Source: an uncultured Chloroflexia bacterium
GTDB taxonomy: Bacteria > Chloroflexota > Limnocylindria > Limnocylindrales > CSP1-4
Assembly: GCA_963778025.1 (NCBI GenBank)
Contig: CAVZTA010000011.1
Span: 80,452 to 144,451, forward strand
Reading direction: 5' to 3'
Length of the DNA: 64,000 bases
The position numbers and the translations under genes were made by a program. Within the stretch, counting starts at the first letter, position 1; every line of letters begins with the position of its first letter. Shown one piece after another: positions 18,791 through 33,283 of the stretch. The notes below the pieces were generated by a model. It ran no database searches. It saw only the letters and a list, made by a program, of their open reading frames with translations, and had not been told where the DNA came from.

Positions 18791-19074
18791 GTATCGAACT
18801 GACGACGCCTGCACCGTGGTCGCGAGCGGACGATCCTGATCGAGCGGTTCTTGACGGTCGCCTCGGCGTCGCTGCGCGCCCGAGGCTAACCACGGTCCAC
18901 GACGTCGCCGTTCGCCGCAATCGAACAGATTCGATGGGAATCAGCCCGTCAGTTGCCTTTCGAGGTGCTTCACGACCTCCTGTTAGTCGCCCACGACGAA
19001 TCCGCGGCTCATCGCGCGCTCACTACCGGTCAGACGGCTGGATCCGTTCGCGACATCCAACCATTCCGGTCGCG
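18791..19074 (+). repeat. diverged direct repeat, copy 2 (includes a relic of an arginase-family C-terminus)
   Basis: Encodes the relic ...RTILIERFLTVASASLRARG* matching ...RTALIERFLAVASVSLRA* of copy 1, followed by the same conserved downstream blocks. Confidence 0.8.
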
Positions 19075-19309
19075 TACTTCGACGAGAGAACGCGCGGCTC
19101 AGCGAGTGTTCGCGAATGTCACCTGAGCCGACGCAGGCCGGCAATGGGTGCCACCCGGTCCCAGCGTCCGACGTCGGTGGCGTTCGACATGTACGAGCAG
19201 TACGTCGCAATCCGCCGCTGTCAGCAAGGACTACGTTTCATCGGCGCTGTGACAGCCCGCGCCGCCAGCACGGTCAGAGTTCTAGGACCGCGCCTGGCGC
19301 TGAACGCGG

Positions 19310-19782
19310 CTAGAGCGCGTGCGACTCCATCATCGCCCTGAGGTTCTCGAGGTCTCGCTGGAAGAGCCGCTGGAACATGACCATGAACGGCCGATCGAAC
19401 GGCGTGAGGAGTCCGCCCGGCTGCATCTCCCACATCCAATCGATCCTCGTCGCCTCGCCCTCGGTCGTGAGCGTGTACCTGGTTCGACCGCTTCCGCCCC
19501 AGGACGCGCTGATGAGGCGCAGACCGAGCGCCCGGTCGGGCTCGAACTCGGTCACCTCCATGACGCTCTCCATCGTCCGCCCAGGACGCCCTTGACCACC
19601 GCCTTCCGCCGACTCCCGATGCCGACCGGTCCGTCCGTGAGCAGCTCACCCCTGATCGCGTTCGCCGCCCACCGGGGCGCAAGCGTCGGGTCGGTCAGGA
19701 CGCGGAAGACGTCCTCCACAGGTCGTGCGATGACCACGCTCATGATCGCCTTCGCCACCGGGCGGACCTCCCAAGTCGTCAT
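19310..19782 (-). pseudogene. SRPBCC (polyketide cyclase/START-like) protein, one -1 frame switch (~19582)
   Basis: N-terminal half is in ORF 19552..19782 (MSVVIARPVEDVFRVLTDPTLAPRWA...). C-terminal half is in ORF 19310..19573 (MESVMEVTEFEPDRALGL...DWMWEMQPGG...). The real start may be ATG 19743. Confidence 0.65.
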
Positions 19783-19960
19783 GATCCGGCCGGCGGCCCG
19801 CGCGGCATCGGACCTTCAGTGTTGTGAGTTCGAGGTCGCTGACCGGGATGGTTGCCACGACCATCGTTGCGCCAAGCATGCGTCGACCTCCTGGCCCGCC
19901 GCCTCATCGAACGCGGCGATCGGTAGCCAGCGCATCATGAACCTGGCTCGACTTCGCGGC

Positions 19961-20395
19961 TCAGCCGGGCGAGATCCCGGCCGACTTGAACGCGTCGATG
20001 AGGGCATCGCTCAGCTCGGAGGCGACCGCGCGGTCGTCGATGAGCACCAGCGGGCGACGACACCCGGGACACGTGACTCCGGGCATGTCGACGTCGACCG
20101 CGATCGGCGGGACTCGCTTCAGCACGACCTCGGTCGTGACCATCACCTGCTCGTGCTGGAGGCCCTCGAGCCTGGTGTCGCACGAAGGGCAGACGAGCGT
20201 CGAGCGGAGGAGCCCCCGCCGTCGAGGGCCGACCAGCGCCTTGTGCAGCGCCTCGATGAGATCCGACCCGAAGTCCGGATACGCGAAGCGCCGGCCGCCG
20301 TCCGACGCCCGGAACGTCAGGTCCGTGAGGGTGACCGTCACCGAGCCCGCGCGACCGCTGATCGGACCGAGTCGCTGGCCCGCAGCGTCAGCCAT
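19961..20395 (-). CDS. hypothetical protein with CxxC...CxxC zinc-ribbon
   Basis: ORF 19961..20395. CPSC and CPGC pairs about 45 residues apart. No family recognised. Confidence 0.45.
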   Translation of the reverse strand: MADAAGQRLGPISGRAGSVTVTLTDLTFRASDGGRRFAYPDFGSDLIEALHKALVGPRRRGLLRSTLVCPSCDTRLEGLQHEQVMVTTEVVLKRVPPIAVDVDMPGVTCPGCRRPLVLIDDRAVASELSDALIDAFKSAGISPG

Positions 20396-20433
20396 GCCGA
20401 AGCATCGTCAGGATCAGCGTGGACTCCAAAGGG

Positions 20434-20979
20434 TCATCGCACGCGGAACGCGCCCCCGTGGCCCGGGATGACGATCGTCGCGACGTCGAGGATGCGCTTC
20501 CGATTGACCTCGATCGAGGCCTGGTCGTCGGCCAGCGGATCGACGACAGGTTCGCGGTCCGGCGTCCACCACAGGTGCGTCATCGCGTAGGTCTCGCCCT
20601 CCGCCTCCACGATCAGGGACGCGTCCTCGTTCGTGTGGCCCGGCGTCAGCCACAAGGTCGCATTCGGCGACAGCCGGTACCCGTCGCCCTCATGGTCGAG
20701 CCACTCATCGTTCCGATACCGCGCCCAGAAGTCGACGACCTCCGCGTTCGGGAACAAGGCGATGTTCACCGTGTGATCCGGATGGTGGTGCGACAGGAAC
20801 ACGTGGGTGACCGACTCCGGCGCGACATCCAGGGCAGCCAGCGGATCCAGGATCTTCGAGCGCGACGACACCATCCCGGGGTCGCACACGATCCGCGCGT
20901 CGCCGTCCCGGACGAGCACGATGGACGAGCCGACGCGGTCGGAGGCGTAGCCGGCATGGAGGAGGTCGACGGTGGTCAT
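20434..20979 (-). CDS. MBL-fold metallo-hydrolase
   Basis: Start ATG 20979 (MTTVDLLHAGY). Metal motif LSHHHPDH, then TPGHT and PGHG. The upstream part of track ORF 20434..21312 is not protein-like. Confidence 0.75.
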   Translation of the reverse strand: MTTVDLLHAGYASDRVGSSIVLVRDGDARIVCDPGMVSSRSKILDPLAALDVAPESVTHVFLSHHHPDHTVNIALFPNAEVVDFWARYRNDEWLDHEGDGYRLSPNATLWLTPGHTNEDASLIVEAEGETYAMTHLWWTPDREPVVDPLADDQASIEVNRKRILDVATIVIPGHGGAFRVR

Positions 20980-21100
20980 GCGCGCACCGTACGCTGCGGC
21001 GCGGGACGCGCGAGACCGTCGCGCGCGACGCATCGGCGGCTGACCCCGTACGCGCGGGTGGCATCCTCGTCGTAGCGCGCCGCTCGCCAGGAGCCTCCCG

Positions 21101-22833
21101 ATGACCGTCGCCGCCCAGACCCTCCATCCCGGTCTCGATCCGGCCACCCGCCGTGCCCGCGCGGCCGCCCGAGCCGCGGCCATCGCCGACGACGCCCCCG
21201 CCGACGTCGTCCTGACCGGCGGCGCGATCACGACCGTGGACGCCGCCCGCAGCACCGCCGAGGCGATCGCCATCCGATATGGCCGGATCGCCGCCGTCGG
21301 GACGGCCGGCACGGTTCGGCAGCTCGTCGGCCCCAGGACCCGCGTGATCGATCTCCACGGCCGGACCGTCGTCCCGGGCTTCGGCGATTCGCATATCCAC
21401 GCGGTGATGGCCGGCGTGGGGATGCGCCAGTGCGACCTCCGCGAGGCGCGCGGCCAAGCGGGATACGCCGACGTCGTCCGCCGCTACGCCGAGTCCCACC
21501 CCGACCTGCCGTGGATCGTCGGCGACGGCTGGTACATGGCCGACTTCCCGGGCGGCAATCCGCCGCGCCAGCTGCTCGACGCCGTCGTCCCCGATCGCCC
21601 CGTCTTCCTGAGCAGCCGTGACGGCCACAGCGTGTGGGTGAACTCGAAGGCGCTCGAGCTCGCGGGCGTCACGAAAGACACGAGCGACCCGCGCGACGGC
21701 GTGATCATCCGCGAGGCCGATGGCTCGCCGGCCGGGACCCTCCACGAAGGTGCCGGCAACCTCGTGGAGCGCATCGTCCCCGAGGACACGCCCGAGGACC
21801 TCATCGCCGGGCTCGGCGAGGCGCAGCGCTACCTCCATTCGCTCGGCCTGACGCAGTGGCAGGAGGCGATCGTCAGCGACGACGGCGAGCACGCCTACCG
21901 GACGTTCGCGGCGAGAGGCGAGCTCACCGGTCGGGTCACCGGCGCCATGTGGTGGGAGCGGCGACCAGGACGCCTCGCAGATCGACCGGCTCGTCGAGCG
22001 GCGCGCGGCCGGGCCCATCGGCCGCTACCAGAGCACGAGCGTGAAGATCATGCAGGACGGGGTCCTCGAGAACTTCACGGGCGCGATGATCGACGACTAC
22101 CTCGGTCCGGACGGCCGCCCGACGGGCAACAAGGGCATCTCGCATGGTCGACCCGGAGGCGCTGAAGGGCCACGTCACGCGGCTCGACGCGCTCGGCTTC
22201 CAGGTGCATTTCCACTGCATCGGGGACCGGGCGACGCGCGAGGCGCTCGATGCGTTCGAGGCGGCGCGCGACGCGAACGGCGCGTCGGGCGGGCGCCACC
22301 ACATCAGCCACATCCAGGTCATCCACCCCGACGACATCCCGCGCTTCCGGGAGCTCGGCGTCGCGGCGAACATGCAGCCGCTGTGGGCGTGCCACGAAGG
22401 CCAGATGGACGAGCTGACCCTCCCCTTCCTGGGCGAGGAACGCGGCACCTGGCAATACCCGTTCCAGTCGCTCCGCCGGGCGGGCGCGGTGCTCGTCGCG
22501 GGCTCCGACTGGTCGGTGTCGACGCCCGATCCGCTGCTCGAGATGGAGCTCGCCGTCAACCGCGTCTGGTACGAGTCGCGCGGGACGACGCCGCCCTTCC
22601 TGCCCGACCAGCGGCTGCCCCTGATCGACGCGCTCGCCGCGTTCACCGCGGGGACGGCCTATGTCAACCACCTCGAAGACGACACCGGCACGCTCGAGCC
22701 GGGCAAGCTCGCCGACCTCGTCGTGCTCGACCGCGACCTGTTCGACCGGGGCGCGGGCGAGATCGGCGACGCGCGCGTGGTCGCGACGTTCGTCGAGGGC
22801 GACGCCGTGTATGAGACACCCGGTCTCGGCTGA
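21101..22833 (+). pseudogene. amidohydrolase-3 (YtcJ-like) metal-dependent hydrolase, two +1 frame switches (~21960, ~22142)
   Basis: Collinear pieces in three frames: VVPGFGDSHIHAV...GAMWWE; DQDASQIDRLVERR...SVKIMQDGVLENFTG; VDPEALKGHVTRLDALGFQVHFHCIGDRA...HISHIQ...GSDWSVS...VATFVEGDAVY. Confidence 0.8.
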
Positions 22834-22932
22834 CCGACTGCCACGTCGCTGACATCGGGCGGCGCATCCTGCGCACGTGACGGTGGCTTCGGTGGCGAGA
22901 CCCTGTCCGGACGACCCGACGGAGGCTGCACG

Positions 22933-23613
22933 ATGGACGACCTGAAGATGGCCACGACGCCCTGGACCGGCACGGAGCGACGCGGCGGCGAGCGGCGGAT
23001 GAGCGGCTACGAATTCGGCGGCACGGAGCGGCGCGCCGGCAGCGATCGGCGCTCCTTCATCGACATCTCCGCGCCGGCCGACCCCACGCTTGCGCTATCG
23101 GACACGGCCACCCTGGGCGCGCGGGACAGTTCCCATCCCCGCGGCGGCCACGAGCACGACGCCATCCCGAGCGTCGCCGCGCTCGGCGGGCATCCCATCC
23201 ATCCCTTGCTCGTGCCCTTGCCGATCGGCGCGTTCGTCCTCACGGTCGCCGCCGATGCCGCGTATGCCCTGACCCAGGATCGCTTCTTCGCACGCGCGGC
23301 GACCGCCCTGACCGCCGTCGGCATCGGAAGCGGACTGCTCGCCGCGAGCGCCGGTGCCGCCGACTTCCTGGGACGCGAACGCATCCGGGATCACCCGGCG
23401 GCGTGGCTCCATGCCGCCGGGAACGTGGGTGCCGTGGCGCTCTCCCTGGCAGGCCTCGCGATGCGTCTCCGGGAGCCGGAGAAGGTGCCGCCGGCCGCCA
23501 TGGCCGCGAGCGCCGCGGTGGGCGGGCTGCTCCTCGTGACCGGCTGGCTCGGCGGCGAGCTTGCGTACCGCCATCGGGTCGGCGTGACCAAGGACCGCAG
23601 CTTCGAGGTGTGA
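22933..23613 (+). CDS. DUF2231-domain membrane protein
   Basis: GGHPIHPLLVPLPIGAFVL plus three further TM helices. Paralogous to the N-terminal part of the 3387..4251 gene. Gly/Arg-rich N-terminus with repeated GxERR. Confidence 0.65.
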   Translation: MDDLKMATTPWTGTERRGGERRMSGYEFGGTERRAGSDRRSFIDISAPADPTLALSDTATLGARDSSHPRGGHEHDAIPSVAALGGHPIHPLLVPLPIGAFVLTVAADAAYALTQDRFFARAATALTAVGIGSGLLAASAGAADFLGRERIRDHPAAWLHAAGNVGAVALSLAGLAMRLREPEKVPPAAMAASAAVGGLLLVTGWLGGELAYRHRVGVTKDRSFEV

Positions 23614-23760
23614 CCGAGCGTCGACCGCGAACGATCCTTCGCCACGACGGATGACGTAGCGCGTTCGAGCATCGCGGTCCATCCTCCCGCGAGCCTCGAT
23701 GGTCGAGACTCCGTTCCAGCGAACCCGAACCGACGGGTCGCGGAAAGGAGGACCCACGAC

Positions 23761-23952
23761 ATGCACGAGGCCACCGAGTTCTTCGTCGCCGTCCGGCTGC
23801 AGGAGCTGCACCGCGAAGCGAAGCGGAACCAGTTCGCCGCTGCCGATCGCCCGAGCCCGTTCCGGAAGCTCGTCGAGAGCGTCATCGAGACGCTGCGACC
23901 GTCCTCCGCGCCCGCGACGCCGGCGCTGACCGCCTACCCGTACGCCCGATAG
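23761..23952 (+). CDS. small hypothetical protein (63 aa)
   Basis: ATG 23761 with a strong SD (GAAAGGAGG, 7 nt spacing). Followed by the hairpin at 24035. No family recognised. Confidence 0.45.
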   Translation: MHEATEFFVAVRLQELHREAKRNQFAAADRPSPFRKLVESVIETLRPSSAPATPALTAYPYAR

Positions 23953-24034
23953 CGGCTGACGCCGCGAGGCGACCCGGCACGAACTCCCGGGCCGCTGACG
24001 ACCCGAGGCCCCGGCCTCGAACCCACCACGCAGG

Positions 24035-24064
24035 AAGCCCGTCCCGCACTGGACGGGCTTCTTC
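24035..24064. terminator. GC hairpin between convergent genes (candidate bidirectional terminator)
   Basis: AAGCCCGTCC-cgcact-GGACGGGCTT, a perfect 10-bp stem, then CTTC. Sits between the 23761..23952 (+) ORF and the mobA (-) stop at 24069. T-tract is weak. Confidence 0.5.
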
Positions 24065-24068
24065 GCGT

Positions 24069-24707
24069 CTAGCGAAGATCGGCGAGATCCTGCGGGGAGT
24101 CGATGTCGACGAGGCTGTCCGCCGGCGGGTCGAGCGGCCGCCATTCGTCCTCCTCGAGGATCCGCGTGCGGAGCGCCTCCAGCCACGCGGTCAGGCTCCT
24201 CGCCCCGTGGCGCAGGGCGCCTTGCGCGGCGGTGGTCCCGGCGCCGGTGCGCACGGCGATCGGCAGCGGCTGGACACGGCCACGGCCCTGGAGAACGACG
24301 GCGTCGATGTCGCTTGCGTCGCCGGCGGTGAGCGTGCGGATGAGCAGCTCCAGGACGTCGGGCGAGAGCCGCGGCATGTCGCCGCCGACGACGAGCGCGA
24401 TGGGCTCCCTGGCCGCCTCGAGTCCGGCGAGCACGCCGATGAGCGGCCCACCGAACGGCTCCGGGTCGTGGACCACGCGCACGCCGGCCAGGTCATCGCC
24501 GACGTCCGGCGGCCGGACCACGACCACATCGGCGGCGATGCGCCGAACGCGTTCGAGGACGTGCTCGAGGACCGGTCGACCGTCGAGGTCATGGGCGAGC
24601 TTGTCCCCGCCGAAGCGCGCCGAGCGGCCGCCCGCCAGCACGATCGCCGTGACCGCGACCCGGCCTCCCGGCCCGTGATCCGCCGGGCGGCTCAACGGAC
24701 GGTCCAC
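24069..24707 (-). CDS. mobA: molybdenum cofactor guanylyltransferase MobA
   Basis: Within ORF 24069..25094. Motifs IVLAGGRSARFGGDK, VHDPEPFGGPLIGVLAGL, LVVGGDMP. Start GTG 24707 or TTG 24695. Confidence 0.75.
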   Translation of the reverse strand: MDRPLSRPADHGPGGRVAVTAIVLAGGRSARFGGDKLAHDLDGRPVLEHVLERVRRIAADVVVVRPPDVGDDLAGVRVVHDPEPFGGPLIGVLAGLEAAREPIALVVGGDMPRLSPDVLELLIRTLTAGDASDIDAVVLQGRGRVQPLPIAVRTGAGTTAAQGALRHGARSLTAWLEALRTRILEEDEWRPLDPPADSLVDIDSPQDLADLR

Positions 24708-24859
24708 GTCGGCGGTTGCGCCGCTGGACGGCTCGACCGACCGCCGACCGGGCACTGCGACGCCGTCCGAGCCGGGGAGCGGCTCACCTGGCGGCCGGGG
24801 ATGGACGCGGCGAGGCCGCCGAGCGCCCGTTGCGCCGCTGGGCGACTCGCCGGCGCGCG

Positions 24860-26761
<1,902 letters not shown>

Positions 26762-26770
26762 GATCGATCG

Positions 26771-28130
26771 CTACCGAGACGCGGCGATGGCCGCCGCGAG
26801 CGCCTCGTCGTCCGCTGGCTCGACGGTCCGGAGATCCAGCACCACGCGCCCGTCTTCGATCCGCCCGACGACCGGCGGCGTCCCGGTCCGCAGGCGCCGA
26901 AGCCGGGCGTCCGCCGACCCCGCTCCGCCGAGCGCGAGCCCGACCGACGGCAACGTCTCGCCCGGCAGCGATCCGCCACCCACCGTCGCCCGGGTGTCGA
27001 CCACGTCGATGGCCTCGCCGGCGCCGACGCGTGTCCCGAGCGCGACGGCCCGCGCGCGGAGCACATCGACCGGCGTCGACAGCTGCCGCCACACCGGGAT
27101 CTCCCGTGCCGCGACGCCCGCCCGGTACAGCCCCAGGGTCGCCGCGATCGCCGCGAGCATCGCCTTGTCCGGCCGCATCGCCCGCGCCAGCGGGTCCTTG
27201 CGAAGCCGCGCGACCAGCTCGCCGCGGCCGACGATGAACCCGGCCTGCGGACCTCCGACCAGCTTGTCGCCGCTGAACGTCACGAGGTCCGCGCCGTCGG
27301 CGAGGCGCTCCGCGGGCGTCGGCTCGTGCGCCAGGCCGAACGCGGCAGTGTCCAGCAGCGCCCCGCTGCCCAGGTCGTCGACCACCAGCGCGCCGTGCTC
27401 ATGCGCCAGCCGCGCGAGCGACGGCGGATCCGGCGCCTCCACGAACCCATCGAGCCGGAAGTTCGACGGGTGGACCCGCAGCACCAGTCGAGCCCGCCCA
27501 TCGGCCAGCGGCTCCGCGAAGTCGGCGACGCGCGTCCGGTTCGTCGTCCCGACCTCGATCAGCTTCGCGCCGGCGCGGCGGACGATCTCGGGGATCCGCA
27601 CACCCGCCGCCGATCTCGACCAGCTCCCCGCGGCTGACCGCGATCCCGCCGCGACCCGCCAGCCCGCAGGCGAGCGCCACGGCCGCCGCGTTGTTCGTCA
27701 CGATGAGCGCGTCCTCGGCCCCGGTCAGCGCGATGAGGTGCTCCTCCGCGAGGCGGAAGCGGCGGCCTCGCCGTCCCGTGGCCGGGTCCAGCTCGAGGAA
27801 CGACGTCCCGGCCGCGGCCGCGGCGGCCGCCTCGATCGCCGCCCGGGGCCACGCGGCTCGGCCGAGATTCGTGTGGATCAGGACGCCGGTGGCGTTGATC
27901 ACGCGCGTCAGACCGGCTGCCGACTCGAACGCGCCCAGCCGTGCGACGACGAGCGCGCCAACGCTTCGACCGACGACGCGGGCGCGCCCGCGGCGAGTCG
28001 CGGCACGCTCCTCGTCGACGACGGCCCGGGCCACGGCCAGCACCGCGCCGGGATCCCGCTCGCCGAGGGACGGCCGCGCGGCCGCCAGCACCCGTTCGAC
28101 GGACGGCGGCCGCGACGCCAGCGTGGTCAT
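26771..28130 (-). pseudogene. selA: L-seryl-tRNA(Sec) selenium transferase SelA, one +1 frame switch (27602)
   Basis: N-part is in ORF 27399..28277 from ATG 28130 (MTTLASRPPSVERVL...VINATGVLIHTNLGRA...VSRGELVEIGGG). C-part is in ORF 26771..27601 (RIPEIVRRAGAKLIEVGTTNRT...FSGDKLVGGPQAG). One extra base lies between GGG and GTG CGG ATC. Confidence 0.9.
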
Positions 28131-28145
28131 CGATCCTCCGTGGAC

Positions 28146-28242
28146 TGGCGGGAGCGCATGGGAGTCGAACCCACCGCGCGACGCCGAGCGCCGCGCCACC
28201 GGTGTTGAAGACCGGGGAGCCCACCGGGACCCCTCCGCTCCC
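28146..28242 (-). tRNA. selC: tRNA-Sec (anticodon UCA), CCA encoded
   Basis: 97 nt: GGGAGCGG...CGCTCCCGCCA. Anticodon arm CCGGT-CUUCAAC-ACCGG gives U33-UCA-A37. 6-bp D-stem, long variable arm (GCGCG...CGCGC), T-loop GGGTTCGACTCCC. Acceptor has 7 Watson-Crick pairs plus a mismatched 8th. Confidence 0.9.
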
Positions 28243-28249
28243 ACGGCCG

Positions 28250-29495
28250 ATGGTACGGCGGCGACGACTCCAGCCACCCGATCCGGTCCGCGCAGGCGAC
28301 GCCCCGTACCCTTGCTGGGTGAATCTCACGTTCGCGCTGGCGGTCGTCGCCTTCGCGATCGGCGTCGACAACTACATCGTCGCGGCGATCCTGCCGGCCG
28401 TCGCTGCGGATCTCAACGAGCCTGTCTCGAGCGTCGGGCTCCTCGCCAGCGCGTATGCCCTGCCGACCGCGATCCTGGCGCCGGTCTTCGGCCCGCTTTC
28501 GGATCGGCGCGGCCGGCGGTTCTCGATGCTGCTCGGCCTGACCATCTTCACCGCGGCGGCGGCCGCGTGCGTCGTCGCCCCGACGCTGCCGCTCCTCATC
28601 GGTGCGCGCATCGCCAACGGGCTGGGCGCGGCGATCGCGATCCCGGCGGTGTTCGCGACCGTTGGCGACCTGCCGACGCTCGGCGCACGGGCTCGCTCGA
28701 TGAGCCTCGTGGCTGGGATGTTCCCGCTGTCGACGCTGCTCGGGCTGCCCATCGGGGCGTTCGCCGCGATCGTCGGCGGCTGGCGGATGTCGTTCGTGTT
28801 CATCGTGATCGTCGCCGTCGTCGCCCTGGCGCTGGTGTTCCGGTTCACCCCGGAGACGCACGGCCGCCCGACGGTCGGGAGCTACCTCGGGGCCTACCGG
28901 ACGATCCTCGAGCGGCCGCGGATGCTCCGGGTGATCGCCGTGATGTTCGTGTGGTTCATGGGCACGTTCGGGCTGTTCATCTACGTCGGCGAGTTCATCC
29001 ACGAGTCGTTCGGCGTCCCGACCGACCAGGCTGGGCTCATCTACATCGCCGTCGGCGTGTCGGGCGTCATCGCGACACGCGTCAGCGGCCGGCTCATCAC
29101 CGGCGTCGGGGCGCGTCGCGCGGTGCTGCTGGCCATCTCGGGCTTCGTCGATCTCGGCGTTCCTCCTCCCCCGGACCGCGGTCGCGCTGCCGCTGACGGT
29201 CGTGCTGTTCCTCTTCTGGGCGTTCTCGACGTGGATCGGCGTGCCGGCCATCCAGACGATCGTGGCCGGGCTGTCGGAGGACGCCCGCGGGACGATGCTG
29301 GCTCTGAACACGAGCGCGCAGAGCCTGGGCCAGGTCGTCGGCCCGATCGTCACCGGCCAGATGCTCGTCCTGGGTGGGTTCGCGCTGGCCGGCCCGTACG
29401 CGGCGCTCGTCGGGCTGGTCGCGCTGGCCATCGCGTACGCCGTCCTGCCTCGTCGGGCGAGCACGCCGGCGGTCATCGCACCGGCCGAAGGCTGA
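28250..29495 (+). pseudogene. MFS transporter (12-TMS type), one +1 frame switch (~29145)
   Basis: TM1-10 are in the frame of ORF 27941..29824 (AFAIGVDNYIVAAILPAVAADL, GPLSDRRGRR...). The last helices are in ORF 29202..29495 (ISAFLLPRTAVALPLTVVLFLFWAFSTW...). Start ATG 28250 or GTG 28319. Confidence 0.7.
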
Positions 29496-29628
29496 CCAGC
29501 GGTCCGCGCCATCATGAGGATCGTCCGCAGTCGACGCGCGGCGCACAGAGGAGCATCGATCGTGGCGCGAGATCCGGACCGGTTCCGCCTGCCGATCCGC
29601 CACCGACCCCCGATCGAGCGGCACCCAC

Positions 29629-30909
<1,281 letters not shown>

Positions 30910-30940
30910 CCTTCGCCCGGCCGCGCCTATCATCGGCGTC

Positions 30941-31993
30941 GTGACCCAGCTCGAGTCCCCGATCCGTCTCACGGAGCTGACCGACTGCGGCGGCTGCGCG
31001 GCGAAGCTCGGGGCGGACGTGCTCGCCGAGGCGCTGGCCGGGCTGGGTGCGGGAACGGGCGCGCCGGACCCGGCGCTCATCGCCGGGCTGGACCCGCCCG
31101 ACGACGCCGCCGCGTACCGGATCTCCGACGACCTCGCGATCCTCGGCACGCTCGACTTCTTCCCGCCCCTGGTCGACGACCCGGCGACATACGGCGAGAT
31201 CGCCGCGGCGAACGCCCTGTCCGACGTGTTCGCGATGGGCGGCCGGGTGCTGTTCGCGCTGTCGATCGCGGCGTTCCCGGAGGACTTCCCGCGTGAGGCG
31301 CTCTCGACGGTCTTCGAGGCGGCGGCCGGCAAGGTGCGCGAAGCGGGCGGGATGCTCGCCGGCGGCCACACGATCCGCGACGCCGAGCCGAAGTACGGCC
31401 TGGCGGTGATCGGGGCGGCGCATCCCGGATCGGCTGTTCCGGAAGGGCGGCGCACGGTCCGGCGATGTCCTGATCCTGACCAAGCGGCTGGGGACGGGCC
31501 TGCTGGTGAGCGGCCGGCGCCAGGGCCGTGTGGATGACGCCGCGCTCGGGCCGGCCATCGAGCAGATGCGGACGCTGAACCGTGCTGCGTCGGAAGTGTT
31601 CGTCGCACACGGGATCCGCGGCGCGACGGATGTCACGGGCTTCGGTCTGCTCGGCCACGGCCTCGAGATGGCCAGGGCGTCCCGGCGCACGGCTGGTGTT
31701 CGACGCGGCGGCGCTGCCCGCGCTCGATGGAGCGCTGGAGGCCGCGAGCGCGGGCATCGAGACGGGCGGAGCGGGCCACAACCGTCGCTTCACCGCGCCA
31801 TCCCTGACCGTCGCGGACGGCGTCCCGCCCGAGCTCGTCGCGCTGGCGCACGATCCGCAGACCTCGGGTGGCCTGCTGGCGGCGGTGCCGGCCGCGGACG
31901 CTGAGGCGATCCAGCGGGCGCTGGCCGACGCGGGCGTCGACGAGCTGGCGGGTGGGCTACGTCGAGGACGGTGAGGGCGTGGCGATCGCCTGA
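30941..31993 (+). pseudogene. selD: selenide, water dikinase SelD (Cys form), three +1 frame switches (~31425, ~31680, ~31950)
   Basis: GTG 30941. Active-site loop LTELTDCGGCAAKLG. Collinear pieces: ...DFFPPLVDDPATYGEIAAANALSDVFAMGG...GGHTIRDAEPKYGLAVIG; PDRLFRKGGARSGDVLILTKRLGTG...TDVTGFGLLGHGLEMA; GARLVFDAAALP...DPQTSGGLLAAV; VGYVEDGEGVAIA*. Confidence 0.85.
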
Positions 31994-33283
31994 CGGACCT
32001 GGTCGAGGGTCTCGGCCGGCAGCACGTCGAACTGGTAGATGTCGCCGCCGCCCGGCAGCACCTCCACGTCCTGGCCGCCATCGGCCGGGACGGCCCACAG
32101 CCGCGAGTGGTCGTCGGCGACCCGCGAGAACAGGACCCACTGGCCGTCGGGCGAGTAGCGCGGCTGCCAGGCGATCGCGTTCCCGAGGTCCGTGAGCTGC
32201 TCCAGACCCGTCCCGTCCGGGTGGATGCGCCAGACGTCCGTCTTGTAGCCGCGGTCGGCGTAGCGCCACCACTCCTTGGTGAAGGCGATCCATCGGCCGT
32301 CCGGCGACCAGTCGAGCGAGGTCGCGTGGACGGACCAGTCGGTGACCTGTTGCTCCTCGCCCGTCGCGAGGTCCCGGACGAAGATCGCCGCGTCGTCGAC
32401 CGCCTGCGACGGCCCCTGCACCGCGTGCCGGCTACGCCAGAACGCGACCGACGAGCCGTCGGGCGAGATCCGGGGCTCGCGATCCTCTTCGATGCCACAG
32501 GCGAACCGGTGGATGGGCTCGCTCGTCTGGGTCACTCGGTCGTAGAGGTAGATCCCGCAATCGGGCGGGATCCCGCCGACCGCCGTTCCTCGGGCCTCGA
32601 AGAAGACGATCTTCGTGCCGTCGGGCGAGTACGACGCTTCGTTCCGCGAACCGCACGGCGTGATGCACGGCAGCACGACCTGGCTCGGCGCGACACCGTT
32701 CGGGTCGATCTCCCACTGCTGCTCGGTGTCGACCTGCTGATCCAGGACGAGGATCCGCTTGCCGTCGGGCGCCCATGCGGGCTGGACATCCGCGGTCGCG
32801 ATGTCGGGTGGGATCCGCTCGCGCGGCGTGCCATCGGTCCAGTCGAGATACAGGTTCCCGTCCTGACCACCGTCCACGATCACGAGGCGAGGGCTCGCGA
32901 GCGGGTAGACCTGCGCCGAGGGCGCCGACGGCGCCACGATCGCGCTCGGTCCGGCGACCGACGTGGGCCCCGGCGGCACGACGGTCGTCTGCGGCCGGAC
33001 GAACAGCGCCGCCCGACAGCGTCGCGCCGACGAAGAGCGCCGTGATGAGGGCGGCGGCGATGAGGACGGCCCACCGCCGCGCCCGGGTCTGGCGATCGAC
33101 GGGCCGCAGGACCTCGACGGCCGCATCCCACGGCCAGCGGCGGACCTGACGGATATCGGCGAGGGTCTCGAACACCGCATCGAGCACCGGAGCCGCATCG
33201 ACGACCTCGTGTTCCTGGAGCCAGTCCAGGACGACCCCATCGCGTGGATCCGGCACCGCCCGGAGGTAGCGCGGCCCGCTCAT
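31957..33283 (-). pseudogene. anti-sigma-like TM protein fused to a TolB-like (PD40/WD40) beta-propeller, one +1 frame switch (~33010)
   Basis: N-terminus plus TM helix are in ORF 32432..33283 (MSGPRYLR...WAVLIAAALITALFVG). The periplasmic propeller is in ORF 31957..33240, with repeats WAPDGKRIL, YSPDGTKIVF, ISPDGSSVAF, WSPDGRWIAF, YSPDGQWVLF. Start overlaps the sigma gene stop (ATGA). Confidence 0.7.
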
